Positions 30,405 to 40,600 of a DNA stretch of 64,000 bases are shown in pieces. The stretch comes from Candidatus Spongiisociaceae bacterium (GTDB taxonomy: Bacteria > Actinomycetota > Acidimicrobiia > Spongiisociales > Spongiisociaceae). Under the pieces are notes generated by a model. It did not search any database. It saw nothing but the letters and a program-made list of their open reading frames with translations, and was not told where the DNA came from. The position numbers and the translations under genes are program-made. The stretch is from NCBI GenBank assembly GCA_965262915.1, contig OZ253564.1, positions 4,736,001 to 4,800,000 of the forward strand, written 5' to 3'. Every line of letters starts with the position of its first letter. Positions within the stretch are counted from its first letter, which is position 1.

Positions 30405-32574
30405 TTTGCTGGGTGAGGGCCTTGCGTTCGGCGCGGCGGGCGTGAAGGATGGGTTCGGTGTAGCCGGAGGGTTGGGTCGTCCCCGCGAAGACCAGATCGC
30501 GGGCAGCTTTGAAAGCCGGACCGTCGAACCCCGGCGCCATCGGTGTGTAAGCCCCGTCCCCGGCGTTCTGGAGGTCCACCACCGCGGCCATCTGCTTCAT
30601 CACGTCCAACACCTGGTCCTCATCCACAACGCCGTGGTGGAGCCAGTTGGCGATGTGCTGGGAGGAGATGCGGCACGTCGCCCGGTCCTCCATCAGCGCT
30701 ACGTCGTTGATGTCGGGAACCTTGGAGCAGCCGATCCCCTGATCGACCCATCGGACCACGTAGCCCAGTATCCCTTGGGCGTTGTTTTCGAGTTCGGCTG
30801 CGATGTCGTCCGGAGCCCAATCGGACCCCTCGGCAACCGGGGCCCTCAACAGGTCGTCGAGCGACCGGTGTGGACGACCCGCCAACTCGTCCTGCCGGCG
30901 GGAGACATCGACGTGGTGATAGTGAGTGGCGTGGAGCGTGGCCGCGGTGGGGGATGGAACCCACGCGCAACCGGCGCCGGCCCGGGGATGCCCGATCTTC
31001 TGCTCCAGCATCGCCGCCATCAGGTCCGGCGCCGCCCACATGCCCTTGCCGATCTGGGCGCGCCCCCGCAGACCGCAGGCGAGGCCGACATCCACGTTCC
31101 GGTCCTCGTAGGCCTCGATCCAGACCTGATCCTTCATCCTGGTTTTTGGAACCATCGGTCCGGCTTCCATGGACGTGTGGATCTCGTCGCCGGTGCGGTC
31201 GAGGAAGCCGGTGTTGATGAATACCAGTCTCGACCGGGCGGCCCGTATGCATTCCTTGAGGTTGAGGGAGGTCCGGCGCTCCTCGTCCATCAGACCGATC
31301 TTGACCGTGTTCGCCGGCAGGCCGAGCACCTCCTCCACGCGGTCGAACACCTCCACAGCGAAGGCCACTTCCGCGGACCCGTGCATCTTCGGCTTGACCA
31401 CGTAGAAGGATCCGGTTCTCGAGTTCCGGTCGGACGTAGCACCCCTGAGATCGTGGCAGGCGATGAGGGTGGTGACCATGGCATCTACGAGCCCTTCGAA
31501 GGCCTCGTTCCCGTCCCGGTCGACGATGGCCGGCGTGGTCATCAGATGTCCCACGTTGCGCACCAGGATCAACGAGCGGCCGGGAAGCGTGAGCGGGGTT
31601 CCGTCCAAAGCCGTGTACGACCGGTCCTCCGCCAGCCGCCGGGTGAAGGTGGTCGCACCCTTGGTCACCTCTGCGGTCAGATCTCCCTTGATCAAGCCGA
31701 GCAGGTTGCGGTAGGCGACCACCTTGTCGGTCGCGTCGACCGCGGCGATGGAATCCTCGAGGTCCATGATGGTGGTCACGGCGGATTCCAACACGATATC
31801 GGCCACCCCGGCCGGGTCGGAGACGCCTACGGGATGGTCCCTGTCGATCACGATCTCGATATGCAGACCGTTGTTACGGAGCAGGACCGAAGACGGTGCG
31901 CCCGGCGCGCCCGTGTAGCCGACCAGTTGCGAGGGCCGGGCCAGAACCGTCGCAGGACTGATGATCTGGCACACCACGAGGTTCCCGTCTGCGACCGAGT
32001 AGCCGGTCGCGTCCCCGTGCCTTCCGTCGGCCAGGGGAGACACATCGTCGAGGAAGCGGCTGCACCAGGCCGCGACCTTGTCGCCCCTACGCTGATCGTA
32101 CGGGCCCGATGGCGGCTGGTCACCGAGAGCGTCCGTGCCGTAGAGAGCGTCGTAGAGGGATCCCCAGCGGGCGTTGGCTGCGTTGATGGCGAACCGGGCG
32201 TTCATCACCGGGACCACCAGCTGGGGGCCGGACACCGACGCGATCTCGATGTCGACATCGGCGGTGTCGATGCTGAACTCCTCCCCCTCCGGTTCGATGT
32301 AACCGATCTCCTCGAGGAAGGCCCGGTAGGCGTTCTTGTCGAACCACTCCTCCCGATGCCGGAGGTGCCAGGCATCGATCTGCGCCTGGAGGTCGGCGCG
32401 GCGCTCCAGAAGATCACGGTTGACCGGACCGCAATCGTGGATCAACGCAGCAAGTCCCTTCCAGAATTCCTCAGGATCGACACCGCTCCCGGGCAAGGCC
32501 TCATCGGCGATGAAGCTGTACATCTCGGTGTCGATTGTCAGGCCTTCGACATCGAAGGCTCGGAGCACAACCAT
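30397..32574 (-). CDS. glcB: Malate synthase G
   Basis: [43 protein letters not shown]. Confidence 0.96.
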   Translation of the reverse strand: MVVLRAFDVEGLTIDTEMYSFIADEALPGSGVDPEEFWKGLAALIHDCGPVNRDLLERRADLQAQIDAWHLRHREEWFDKNAYRAFLEEIGYIEPEGEEFSIDTADVDIEIASVSGPQLVVPVMNARFAINAANARWGSLYDALYGTDALGDQPPSGPYDQRRGDKVAAWCSRFLDDVSPLADGRHGDATGYSVADGNLVVCQIISPATVLARPSQLVGYTGAPGAPSSVLLRNNGLHIEIVIDRDHPVGVSDPAGVADIVLESAVTTIMDLEDSIAAVDATDKVVAYRNLLGLIKGDLTAEVTKGATTFTRRLAEDRSYTALDGTPLTLPGRSLILVRNVGHLMTTPAIVDRDGNEAFEGLVDAMVTTLIACHDLRGATSDRNSRTGSFYVVKPKMHGSAEVAFAVEVFDRVEEVLGLPANTVKIGLMDEERRTSLNLKECIRAARSRLVFINTGFLDRTGDEIHTSMEAGPMVPKTRMKDQVWIEAYEDRNVDVGLACGLRGRAQIGKGMWAAPDLMAAMLEQKIGHPRAGAGCAWVPSPTAATLHATHYHHVDVSRRQDELAGRPHRSLDDLLRAPVAEGSDWAPDDIAAELENNAQGILGYVVRWVDQGIGCSKVPDINDVALMEDRATCRISSQHIANWLHHGVVDEDQVLDVMKQMAAVVDLQNAGDGAYTPMAPGFDGPAFKAARDLVFAGTTQPSGYTEPILHARRAERKALTQQST

Positions 32575-32592
32575 ATTCGTCCTCGAGCGGGG

Positions 32593-33813
32593 CTACGGGC
32601 GGCGGCGAACCAGATCCCTGGTGATCTCGGCGACTGATCGTACCCCCGTCAGAGCCATAGATCGGCGCATTCCGTCCTCGAAGAAGTCCAGCACCCACTC
32701 GACACCCTTGCGGCCTCCCGCCCCCAACCCGTACAGGTAAGGCCGGCCGACCATCACAGAGCCGGCGCCCAGGGCTATCGCCTTGATGATGTCTGCCCCG
32801 CGCCTCACCCCTCCGTCACAGATGATCTCGACCGAGTCCCCGACCGCTTGGCTGATCGGTTCGATCAACTCGATGGACGAAGGAGCGCTCTCGAGTTGGC
32901 GTCCTCCGTGGTTGGACACGCATATGGCCGCGATGTCGTGCTCGACCGCACGGCGTGCATCCGCAACCGACTGGATGCCCTTGATGATGATGGGGCCATC
33001 CCAGAGGGACCGGAACCATTCCATGTCGTCCCACGACAGACTCGGGTCGAACTGGTCGTTCACCAGGCTCGACAACGCCACCGCGGTCGTACCGTCCTCG
33101 TCGTGGAGGCCGACCATGTTGGAGAAGGTGATCGGCTCGGCATTGAGGAACCGCCAGGTCCATCCGGGTTTGCGAACACTCTCGATCATCATGCCGAGGC
33201 CGAGCTTGGGGGGTAGCGTCATCCCGTTGCGGACATCCCGCTCCCGGCGGCCCGGCACCACCAGATCGACCGTGATGCACAGCGCCTCGTAGCCGGCGGC
33301 CTTGGCTCGCTCGATCATGTTGCGAACCAGACCACGATCCTTCCACACGTAGACCTGGAACCAGTTACGGCCTCCCGCCCCGGCTTCCGCCACCTCCTCG
33401 ATGGACCGGGTCCCGAGCGTCGACAGCGAGTACGGTATGTTCCTCTCCGCCGCGGTGCTGGCCACCGAGAGTTCTCCCGGCGGATCGACGATCCGGGTGA
33501 AGCCTGTCGGTGCCAGGATCAGCGGGAAGGGTGCTTTCCGCCCCAGAATCTCCGATGATGTGTCGATATTGCTCACATCGCGCATGACTGTGGGTACGAA
33601 CTCCCAGTTGTGGAAGTCCTGCTCGTTCCGGGCGTAGGTCACCTCGTCCTCGGCGCCCCCGTCGACATAGTCGAATACGCCTTGGGGCAGGCGCTTGTGA
33701 GCGATCGCACGCAGGTCCCCGATGTTTGCAGCCGTCTGCATACGGCGAAGGTCCGGATCCCGCTCGAACGAGCGGAACCGCACCACAGAGCGCATAGTTC
33801 TGATCATTCCCAT
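32593..33813 (-). CDS. FMN-dependent alpha-hydroxy acid dehydrogenase/oxidase
   Basis: FDYVDGGAEDE, WFQVY, SNHGGRQL, DGGVRRG; start approximate. Confidence 0.92.
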   Translation of the reverse strand: MGMIRTMRSVVRFRSFERDPDLRRMQTAANIGDLRAIAHKRLPQGVFDYVDGGAEDEVTYARNEQDFHNWEFVPTVMRDVSNIDTSSEILGRKAPFPLILAPTGFTRIVDPPGELSVASTAAERNIPYSLSTLGTRSIEEVAEAGAGGRNWFQVYVWKDRGLVRNMIERAKAAGYEALCITVDLVVPGRRERDVRNGMTLPPKLGLGMMIESVRKPGWTWRFLNAEPITFSNMVGLHDEDGTTAVALSSLVNDQFDPSLSWDDMEWFRSLWDGPIIIKGIQSVADARRAVEHDIAAICVSNHGGRQLESAPSSIELIEPISQAVGDSVEIICDGGVRRGADIIKAIALGAGSVMVGRPYLYGLGAGGRKGVEWVLDFFEDGMRRSMALTGVRSVAEITRDLVRRRP

Positions 33814-33938
33814 GGAACCAATGGTACCCGTTAACGCCCGACCGGTCCGGGAAGTCGACAAGGACCCGAGCGTCTCCGGTTCGGTGACCTGGTACCAAAA
33901 GTTGCAGGATTCGATGCCGGCATTCTGGGGAAAGCCGG

Positions 33939-34655
33939 TTAGCGATCCCGCCTCCGGAGTCTCCGGGATCCCCACACGTATCGGGGATGGGCACCGACGG
34001 GAGGCCAGTAGTTGTCCTTCCTGTATGCCCAGTATTCGAATGGATTGTCGTAGTAGGCGAAGGTCTCGATGACCGACCAGAGGTGCTTCCGGTCCCGCGC
34101 CAGCGACACGAACAGGCCTACCCCGCCCGCCGCCACCATCCAGGCGAGGTAGCCGAGCGTGTACAACGGACCCAGGAGCCGGTTCTGAAACAGGTGGGCG
34201 CTCTCATGGACGTCCACCAGTTTCCGCCGCCGGACCACCCGCTCCGAGTCCCCTCGCAGACCGACCGAGCCTCCTGCACCCGACACCACGTTGCCCAGCG
34301 CCAGGGCGAATCCGGGGCGGGCACTGTATCCGCCCTCGTAGACGTGCCGGTTGGCCCGGCGGCTCATACCAGCCACGTAGGACGGGTTCGGGTGCAACAC
34401 GTTGGCCGCGTGCAGGAGCACTCCCGCCGCCACTCCAGGCAAGGCCCAGGTCGAGTCCAGAACGAAACACAACCATCCCCGGGCCCGTCTCCATTCGTAG
34501 GCACCCGCTACGCCCGAGATCAGACCGTTGAGACCACCCACCACCGCTCCGGCCGCGACGAGACCGGGCGTCCACGTCCCGAAGGGCAACAGGACCGACC
34601 AGGCCAGGCCCGCTCCGAGCGCTGCGGCCACCAGGCCCTCGCCCGTCCGGGCCAT
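33939..34655 (-). CDS. Hypothetical membrane protein with an HExxH motif
   Basis: Gly-rich TM segments, HESAHLFQ, NPFEYWAY. Confidence 0.7.
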   Translation of the reverse strand: MARTGEGLVAAALGAGLAWSVLLPFGTWTPGLVAAGAVVGGLNGLISGVAGAYEWRRARGWLCFVLDSTWALPGVAAGVLLHAANVLHPNPSYVAGMSRRANRHVYEGGYSARPGFALALGNVVSGAGGSVGLRGDSERVVRRRKLVDVHESAHLFQNRLLGPLYTLGYLAWMVAAGGVGLFVSLARDRKHLWSVIETFAYYDNPFEYWAYRKDNYWPPVGAHPRYVWGSRRLRRRDR

Positions 34656-34678
34656 GGTTGTCCGGCGGCCGGGCTGCT

Positions 34679-35521
34679 TCACAGAAGGAACCCTTTGTGG
34701 ATGAGGGCGGCAACATCCATGGTGGCGGCGACAGCCATATGAACCGCCACCCCCCACCATATGGAACGGCTCCGCAAGGACAGGGAGCCGAGGACCGCGC
34801 CTCCTGCGATGGCGGCCAGGGCCTCGGCCATGGGCTTGCCGTAGTGCAGCATGTTGTAGGGAACGACCATGACGAACACCGCCATGTAGCCGAGCCGCCC
34901 GCTCAGCCCGTGGATCATGAAGCCCCGGAAGAAGAACTCCAACGCCGCGAACTGGAGCCCGTATACCACCCACCACAGAGCCATGTTGGGCCACAGCCCC
35001 TCCCCTTCCGCCAGGTCGTAGAACGGGTACTTGGCCTGGAACGCGGCTGTGTAGGAGGCCGCCACCACGAAAGGAACCGAGATCGCCAGCAGCGCCGCGT
35101 AGGCCGGGGCGTGCCTTCCGATACCCCTGACCCGCACCCCGTAGGCGGCCACCCGCTCCCGCAGCACCAGCTTGATGGCCAGGAGCGGCGGCACCGTGTA
35201 GGCGAAGACCTGCCCGATTCCCCAGAACACCAGACCGTTCCGCTGCGAGAACTCCGATAGCAGGAACGCCCCCCGCGCCCGGTCGGCCCATCCACTCAAG
35301 CCGAGCCCATCGAGCAAGGTGATGAACCAGAAGGGCTGTGACGTGGCGCCGAAGTTCAGGATCGTGAGGCTGAGGGCCGACGTGACGAGGACCACCACCG
35401 CCTTGCGGTTGGCCTCGGCCCGCGGCGTGGCGGCCTGGTAGGAGGCGGACTCACGATCTCCGTAGTCCTGGATGGCGGTCACGTAGCGCCGCCAGAACCG
35501 GCTGCCGGTTACCGAACGCAT
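34679..35521 (-). CDS. CPBP (CAAX-type) intramembrane protease
   Basis: EFFFRG, HYGKP..E, distal H. Confidence 0.85.
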   Translation of the reverse strand: MRSVTGSRFWRRYVTAIQDYGDRESASYQAATPRAEANRKAVVVLVTSALSLTILNFGATSQPFWFITLLDGLGLSGWADRARGAFLLSEFSQRNGLVFWGIGQVFAYTVPPLLAIKLVLRERVAAYGVRVRGIGRHAPAYAALLAISVPFVVAASYTAAFQAKYPFYDLAEGEGLWPNMALWWVVYGLQFAALEFFFRGFMIHGLSGRLGYMAVFVMVVPYNMLHYGKPMAEALAAIAGGAVLGSLSLRSRSIWWGVAVHMAVAATMDVAALIHKGFLL

Positions 35522-35535
35522 CCCGAACAGGTTAA

Positions 35536-35681
35536 GAGGGTGTGCGGATAGGCGGAGATTGATCGCCCGTGTCGTCTGGCCCTGCCCGGCCGCAGGTCAG
35601 GGAACCACCTGTCATCGCCGTCTCCTCGTGAACTGTCCCAAGCTGTGTCTCCCCCAGGTGAGCACCTATCCGCACACCCTC
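35536..35681. mobile_element. 146-bp MITE-like element
   Basis: Perfect 17-bp terminal inverted repeats GAGGGTGTGCGGATAGG; flanked by TAA and TGA; no internal gene. Confidence 0.7.
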
Positions 35682-35993
35682 TGAGCGAGCCGGTGGCCTC
35701 ATCGGGTAGGCGGCGCGAACGTCGGCATCGGACGATGCGGAGGCACGGGTATCGAGATCCCCGGCCCGCTCATCGCTGACCGCACCTCGTCCGGATGATC
35801 CCGGATCGTCGCCACGAACTCATCGACCGCCACGGGAACCTCCTGCACCGACCGCCGCCCATCGCGCCTCGTCCCCGGTGCCGACCACCCTGCACCGACC
35901 GCGCTAACGTGGTATGCGGCTGCGGTAGCAGGCCTACGGCCGGGCTACGTCGATATACCAGCTATATTTGCGCGTGTTTTGGAGGTGTTGAAT

Positions 35994-36668
35994 ATGATGT
36001 CGTCCACCTATGCCGGATTCATCGATGCCGGGTTCCTGAGAGCGGAAGGAGCCCGGGCTCTCGGCGAGAGCCCCCGTAACGTCCGTCTGGACGCCGAGGC
36101 GATCGTGACATGGTTCAGAGGACTCGCCTTCGATCGCCCGGGACGGTTCCTGCGGGCCTACTGGTACGACGCCCGGTTCGAGCAGGGTCACGATCACGCC
36201 GAGGGGCAAGGGAGGTTCTTCGCCGCGCTGGGCCAGACCCCGGGTATCCAGTTGCGCCTGGGACATATCGTCGAACACAGACCGTGGTTCGAGCCGGGCA
36301 TCCGGGATGCCATCAGGCGTACGGCGGTCGGGCTGGGTCTGGATCCCACCAAGTTGATGAACGAGTTCGACCGGAACTGGACCTTCCGACCGGAGCGCAA
36401 ACAGAAGGGTGTCGACACCCTCGTCACGCTGGACCTGGTCCGGTTGGCCGGCCGCCGGGCGTTCGACACCGCCGTGCTGATCTCGGGAGACCGCGACCTC
36501 GCCGAGGCGGTGCGGACGGTCCAGGATCTCGGCGGCCAAGTGGCCATCGCTACCCCGGACCGGTACTGCGTTGCCCGGGAGATGGTGAATCTGGCCGACC
36601 ACATCATCGAGATCGACGAAGAAGATCTCCATCGGATACTTCCCCGGCGGGTCCCCTCGTTCTCCTGA
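35994..36668 (+). CDS. NYN (LabA/DUF88) domain nuclease
   Basis: FIDAG, YWYD, QKGVD, SGDRDL; GGAGG RBS. Confidence 0.9.
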   Translation: MMSSTYAGFIDAGFLRAEGARALGESPRNVRLDAEAIVTWFRGLAFDRPGRFLRAYWYDARFEQGHDHAEGQGRFFAALGQTPGIQLRLGHIVEHRPWFEPGIRDAIRRTAVGLGLDPTKLMNEFDRNWTFRPERKQKGVDTLVTLDLVRLAGRRAFDTAVLISGDRDLAEAVRTVQDLGGQVAIATPDRYCVAREMVNLADHIIEIDEEDLHRILPRRVPSFS

Positions 36669-36716
36669 ACCCGGGCGCGGGTAGGTCTCCCCTCCGGTCG
36701 GGTGGGAGAGAGCCGG

Positions 36717-38987
36717 ATGTCGGGAACCGACTTCGGTAGCCTCGTCCGGCGGTGGGAACGCGGTGCCTCGTCCGGCGGGGAGTTGGTCCACACCAGGGTG
36801 CTTACGGCCCGGGAGGCCCGGTTCGAGGACGTCGATCCCCCCCTGAGCGGGCGGCTGACCGAGCAGCTGGCGGCCAGTGGTGTCACCCGGCTGTACGCGC
36901 ACCAGGCCAGGGCGATCCGCAGGATCCGGGAGGGAACCCATGTGGTCCTGGTCTCGGGTACGGCCTCCGGGAAGACCCTCTGCTACCAGATCCCGATAGC
37001 CGAGCGCATCCTCGAGGACCCCACCCGCACCGCCCTACTGGTGTTCCCCACCAAGGCTCTTGCCCAGGACCAGCTCGGCTCGCTTCGCCGGCTGGATATA
37101 CCGGGGTTGACGGCATCCACCTACGACGGAGACCTGCCGACCCACCGCCGGCGGCGGGTGCGGAACACGGCCAACGTGATCCTCACCAACCCCGACATGC
37201 TCCACTACGGGATCCTTCCCCATCACGGGTTGTGGAACTCGTTCCTGTCCCGCCTCAGCTACGTCGTGGTCGACGAGATGCACTACCTGCGCGGCATGTT
37301 CGGGAGCCACACCGCCCACATACTCCGGCGGCTGCGCCGCCTCGCCGCCCACCACGGCGCCCTCCCCACCTTCGTGCTCACGTCGGCCACGATCGGCAAC
37401 CCCACCGAACTGGCGTCGCGGCTCACCGGCCTGGGAGTGGCACTGGTGGAGGGAGACGACTCCCCGACCGGCGAGCGGGTCGTGGCGTTGTGGAACCCAC
37501 CGCTCGAAGACCCCGAATCGGGCAGTCGCCGGTCGGCGATGTACGAGACTTGCGATCTCTACATCGACTTGGTGCGGCGCGGAACCCGCACCATCGTCTT
37601 CGGGCGGAGCCGCAAGATAGCCGAACTGATCCATATCGAGTCGGCGCGCCGCCTCGGTGAGCTGGCCGACCGGATCTCCCCCTACCGGGCCGGATACACG
37701 GCGGACGACCGGCGCAAGATCGAGAGGCGCCTGTTCTCGGGCGAGCTCCTGGGGATCACCGCTACCAACGCTCTCGAGTTGGGAATCGATGTCGGCGGGC
37801 TCGACGCCGCCCTCCTGTGCACGTTCCCCGGGACCGTCTCGTCCTACCGCCAGCAGTCCGGTCGGGCCGGACGGTCCAGGGAGATGTCGCTCGTGGTCCT
37901 CGTCGCCGGTGCGGACGCCCTCGACCAGTACTTCATGTACCACCCGGACCAGCTCTTCAGCCGGCCCCCGGAAGCGGCCGTGATCAACCCCGACAACCCC
38001 AAGGTGCTCGACAGCCACGTCTCCTGCGCCGCTCACGAACTGCCTCTGACGATCACCGATCGCCGGTACTTCGGGGAGGAGTTGGAGGAGTCGGCCCGGC
38101 GGCTGGCGGCCGACGGAAGCCTCCGGCATGCTGGAGGGCGCCTCCACTGGACCGGGCGACGGTCACCGGCGCACGGAACCAGTCTCAGGTCCTCGGACCG
38201 CCGCACCTTCTCGATCTACGACGTGGACACGCACAAGCGGGTCGGTGAGGTCGACTGGGAGCGGGCCTTCTCGGACGCCCACGAAGGCGCCGTGTACCTT
38301 CACCAGGGCAGGACCTATCTGATCGAACGTCTCGATCTGGTACAGCGCGAGATCCTGATCCGGGCTTCGCGGGTGGCCTACTTCACCGAGCCCTACATCG
38401 AGAAGGATCTCAGCATCATCGAGGTGGAACGGAAAGGGCATCTGGGCACGATGGGCCATCACCTGGGCCGCGTGCGGGTGGCGTCCCATGTGGTGGGGTT
38501 CCGCCGGAGGTATCAGAGAGGGGGCGGGAGTCGCAAGATCAACCGACTCCACCTTCCTCCGCTGGAGATCGAGACCCAGGCATTCTGGTTCACGGTGCCA
38601 AGCCGGTTGCTCGAGCGAGCGGGCCTCGACAAGCGAACCGCACCGGGATCCCTCCACGCCGCGGAGCACACCCTCATCTCCATGATGCCGCTGTTCGCCA
38701 TCTGCGACCGCTCCGACATCGGGGGCCTGTCCACCTCTTACCACCTCGATACGGGAGGGGCGGCCATCTTCGTCCATGACGGTTACCACGGCGGAGCGGG
38801 GATCGCACCCGTCGCCTACGAAGCCGGGGAAGACTTGGTGCCGGCCACCCTGGAAACCTTGCGCAGGTGTCCCTGCTCCGCCGGATGCCCGTCCTGCGTG
38901 CAGTCGCCCAAATGCGGCAATTTCAACGAGCCGCTGTCCAAAGACGGAGCCATCCAACTTCTCGCGGCATCGCTGGAAAGAGGCTAG
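36717..38987 (+). CDS. SF2 DEAH helicase with DUF1998 (MrfA/YprA/Hrq1-like)
   Basis: GTASGKT, TNPDMLH, DEMH, ALELGID, C-terminal C.C..GCP.C. Confidence 0.93.
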   Translation: MSGTDFGSLVRRWERGASSGGELVHTRVLTAREARFEDVDPPLSGRLTEQLAASGVTRLYAHQARAIRRIREGTHVVLVSGTASGKTLCYQIPIAERILEDPTRTALLVFPTKALAQDQLGSLRRLDIPGLTASTYDGDLPTHRRRRVRNTANVILTNPDMLHYGILPHHGLWNSFLSRLSYVVVDEMHYLRGMFGSHTAHILRRLRRLAAHHGALPTFVLTSATIGNPTELASRLTGLGVALVEGDDSPTGERVVALWNPPLEDPESGSRRSAMYETCDLYIDLVRRGTRTIVFGRSRKIAELIHIESARRLGELADRISPYRAGYTADDRRKIERRLFSGELLGITATNALELGIDVGGLDAALLCTFPGTVSSYRQQSGRAGRSREMSLVVLVAGADALDQYFMYHPDQLFSRPPEAAVINPDNPKVLDSHVSCAAHELPLTITDRRYFGEELEESARRLAADGSLRHAGGRLHWTGRRSPAHGTSLRSSDRRTFSIYDVDTHKRVGEVDWERAFSDAHEGAVYLHQGRTYLIERLDLVQREILIRASRVAYFTEPYIEKDLSIIEVERKGHLGTMGHHLGRVRVASHVVGFRRRYQRGGGSRKINRLHLPPLEIETQAFWFTVPSRLLERAGLDKRTAPGSLHAAEHTLISMMPLFAICDRSDIGGLSTSYHLDTGGAAIFVHDGYHGGAGIAPVAYEAGEDLVPATLETLRRCPCSAGCPSCVQSPKCGNFNEPLSKDGAIQLLAASLERG

Positions 38988-39280
38988 AGACCGGAAGTCT
39001 TGATCATCAAGATGCGGCCTATCGCTCGGAAGTACAGCAGACGCACGCCATCCGATGTGTTACTCGAATAGTTTCGAGAATCTGTCCAGGCTCGAATGGC
39101 GACAAGACCCATAGCCATGACGCGTACTGGGCATCAGTAATAGGTCTTACTATCGAAACTATGCGGAACAACTCTCCTGATCAGGGCATGCCACCGTTCG
39201 CGTGTCCTGCCATTGAGGCGTCTCGATCGGGAAGAGTTAGCGTTGTGCCGTCGCTGCCCTGATTGTGGAGTTCGATACAT

Positions 39281-40276
39281 ATGAGAAATAGAGTGCACGA
39301 ACACCAGGTCGGAGGTCACGACCATCACGGACAGTCCCACGACTACACAGATGCCAACCGGCGCAGCCTCGCTATAGCTCTGGCCCTGATCGGGGGGTTC
39401 ATGGTTGCCGAAGTGATCGGCGGAGTTCTGTCCGGAAGCCTCGCCCTGCTGTCGGATGCAGGGCACATGATCACCGACGCGGCAGCGATCACGCTGGCCT
39501 TGGTCGCTCAGCGGATGGCACAGCGGGACGCCTCGGCTGAGCGCACCTTCGGTTATCTCCGAGCGGAGGTCCTGGCAGCGATGTTGAACGCCCTGAGCCT
39601 ATGGCTTATCGCCGGCTGGGTGTTCTTCGAGGCGTATCACCGCTTCCGGGACGTGCCGGAGGTGGAAGGCGGCCTACTGCTGGTCATCGGGCTTCTCGGC
39701 CTTCTGGTGAACGTCGCCGCTGCCTGGGTGCTCCATCGGTCGGCTGAGCACAGCATGAACGTCGAAGGCGCTTTTCGCCACGTGATGGCGGACCTGATGG
39801 GGTCCGCCGGCGTGGTCATCTCCGGGATCGTCATATTGACCCTGGGATGGACGATCGTCGATCCCATTTTGAGCGTGTTGATCGGGCTTCTGATCCTGGG
39901 CAGTGCCTGGCGGCTCACTGTCAAGGCGTTCCATGTGCTGATGGAGGCCGTCCCGGACAACATAGATGTGTACGCCCTTTGTCATGAACTGGAGGAACAA
40001 CACGGTGTCACCCTGGTCCACGACGTTCACGTGTGGACTATCTCATCGGGTCATGAATCGTTTACCGCTCACGTCCTGGTCGATCCCGCCTATCGAGGAG
40101 ACATGGACGAACTTATCCACCGGATGCAGGAAATCGCCCGCCACGACTTCGGCATCGGCCACATCACCATACAGGCGGAGAAGTCCCTAGCAGGCTGTAC
40201 CGAGAATCACCATGTGGGCCACCTGATGGCGCGGGCACGGACCAAGAAGAAGAAAAAGAGGTTCGCCCTTGCTTGA
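39281..40276 (+). CDS. Cation diffusion facilitator (CzcD/ZitB-like Zn exporter)
   Basis: His-rich N-terminus, SLALLSDAGHM.TD, HVMAD, HD.HVW. Confidence 0.92.
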   Translation: MRNRVHEHQVGGHDHHGQSHDYTDANRRSLAIALALIGGFMVAEVIGGVLSGSLALLSDAGHMITDAAAITLALVAQRMAQRDASAERTFGYLRAEVLAAMLNALSLWLIAGWVFFEAYHRFRDVPEVEGGLLLVIGLLGLLVNVAAAWVLHRSAEHSMNVEGAFRHVMADLMGSAGVVISGIVILTLGWTIVDPILSVLIGLLILGSAWRLTVKAFHVLMEAVPDNIDVYALCHELEEQHGVTLVHDVHVWTISSGHESFTAHVLVDPAYRGDMDELIHRMQEIARHDFGIGHITIQAEKSLAGCTENHHVGHLMARARTKKKKKRFALA

Positions 40277-40312
40277 CGAGCCTCCAGCAACCAACCATGC
40301 AGGGAGCAATAC

Positions 40313-40366
40313 ATGGGCACACATGATCAGCACGAGTGCGACACCCACGAGCACCACGGACACTGA
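40313..40366 (+). CDS. Candidate 17-aa His-rich small ORF (MGTHDQHECDTHEHHGH)
   Basis: GGGAG 6 nt upstream of the ATG; 6 His plus 1 Cys; directly after the CDF gene. Confidence 0.35.
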   Translation: MGTHDQHECDTHEHHGH

Positions 40367-40600
40367 ACACGACTGGATCATGACCAATCACCGGACCCTG
40401 CTGTACCCTCCCTGGGTGCAGCAGGTCGGTCGGTGGGCCTCCATGAGGTACGCGGGTTACCCGGGAGAACCCAGCCGGGTCACGCTCATCTCTTGATCGG
40501 TTCTCGCCTCCCGCCGGACGGGAAAGGGCGATGCCGACCTCCAACCAATCCAGCTTCGGTACCGGAGTTCGGTGGTGACCGGGCGCTCCGGCTCGGGGTT

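Noticed and set aside
39069-39162. 10-bp inverted repeat ATAGTTTCGA/TCGAAACTAT upstream of the CDF gene
   Set aside because: Arms are short and far apart with no target duplication; could be chance.
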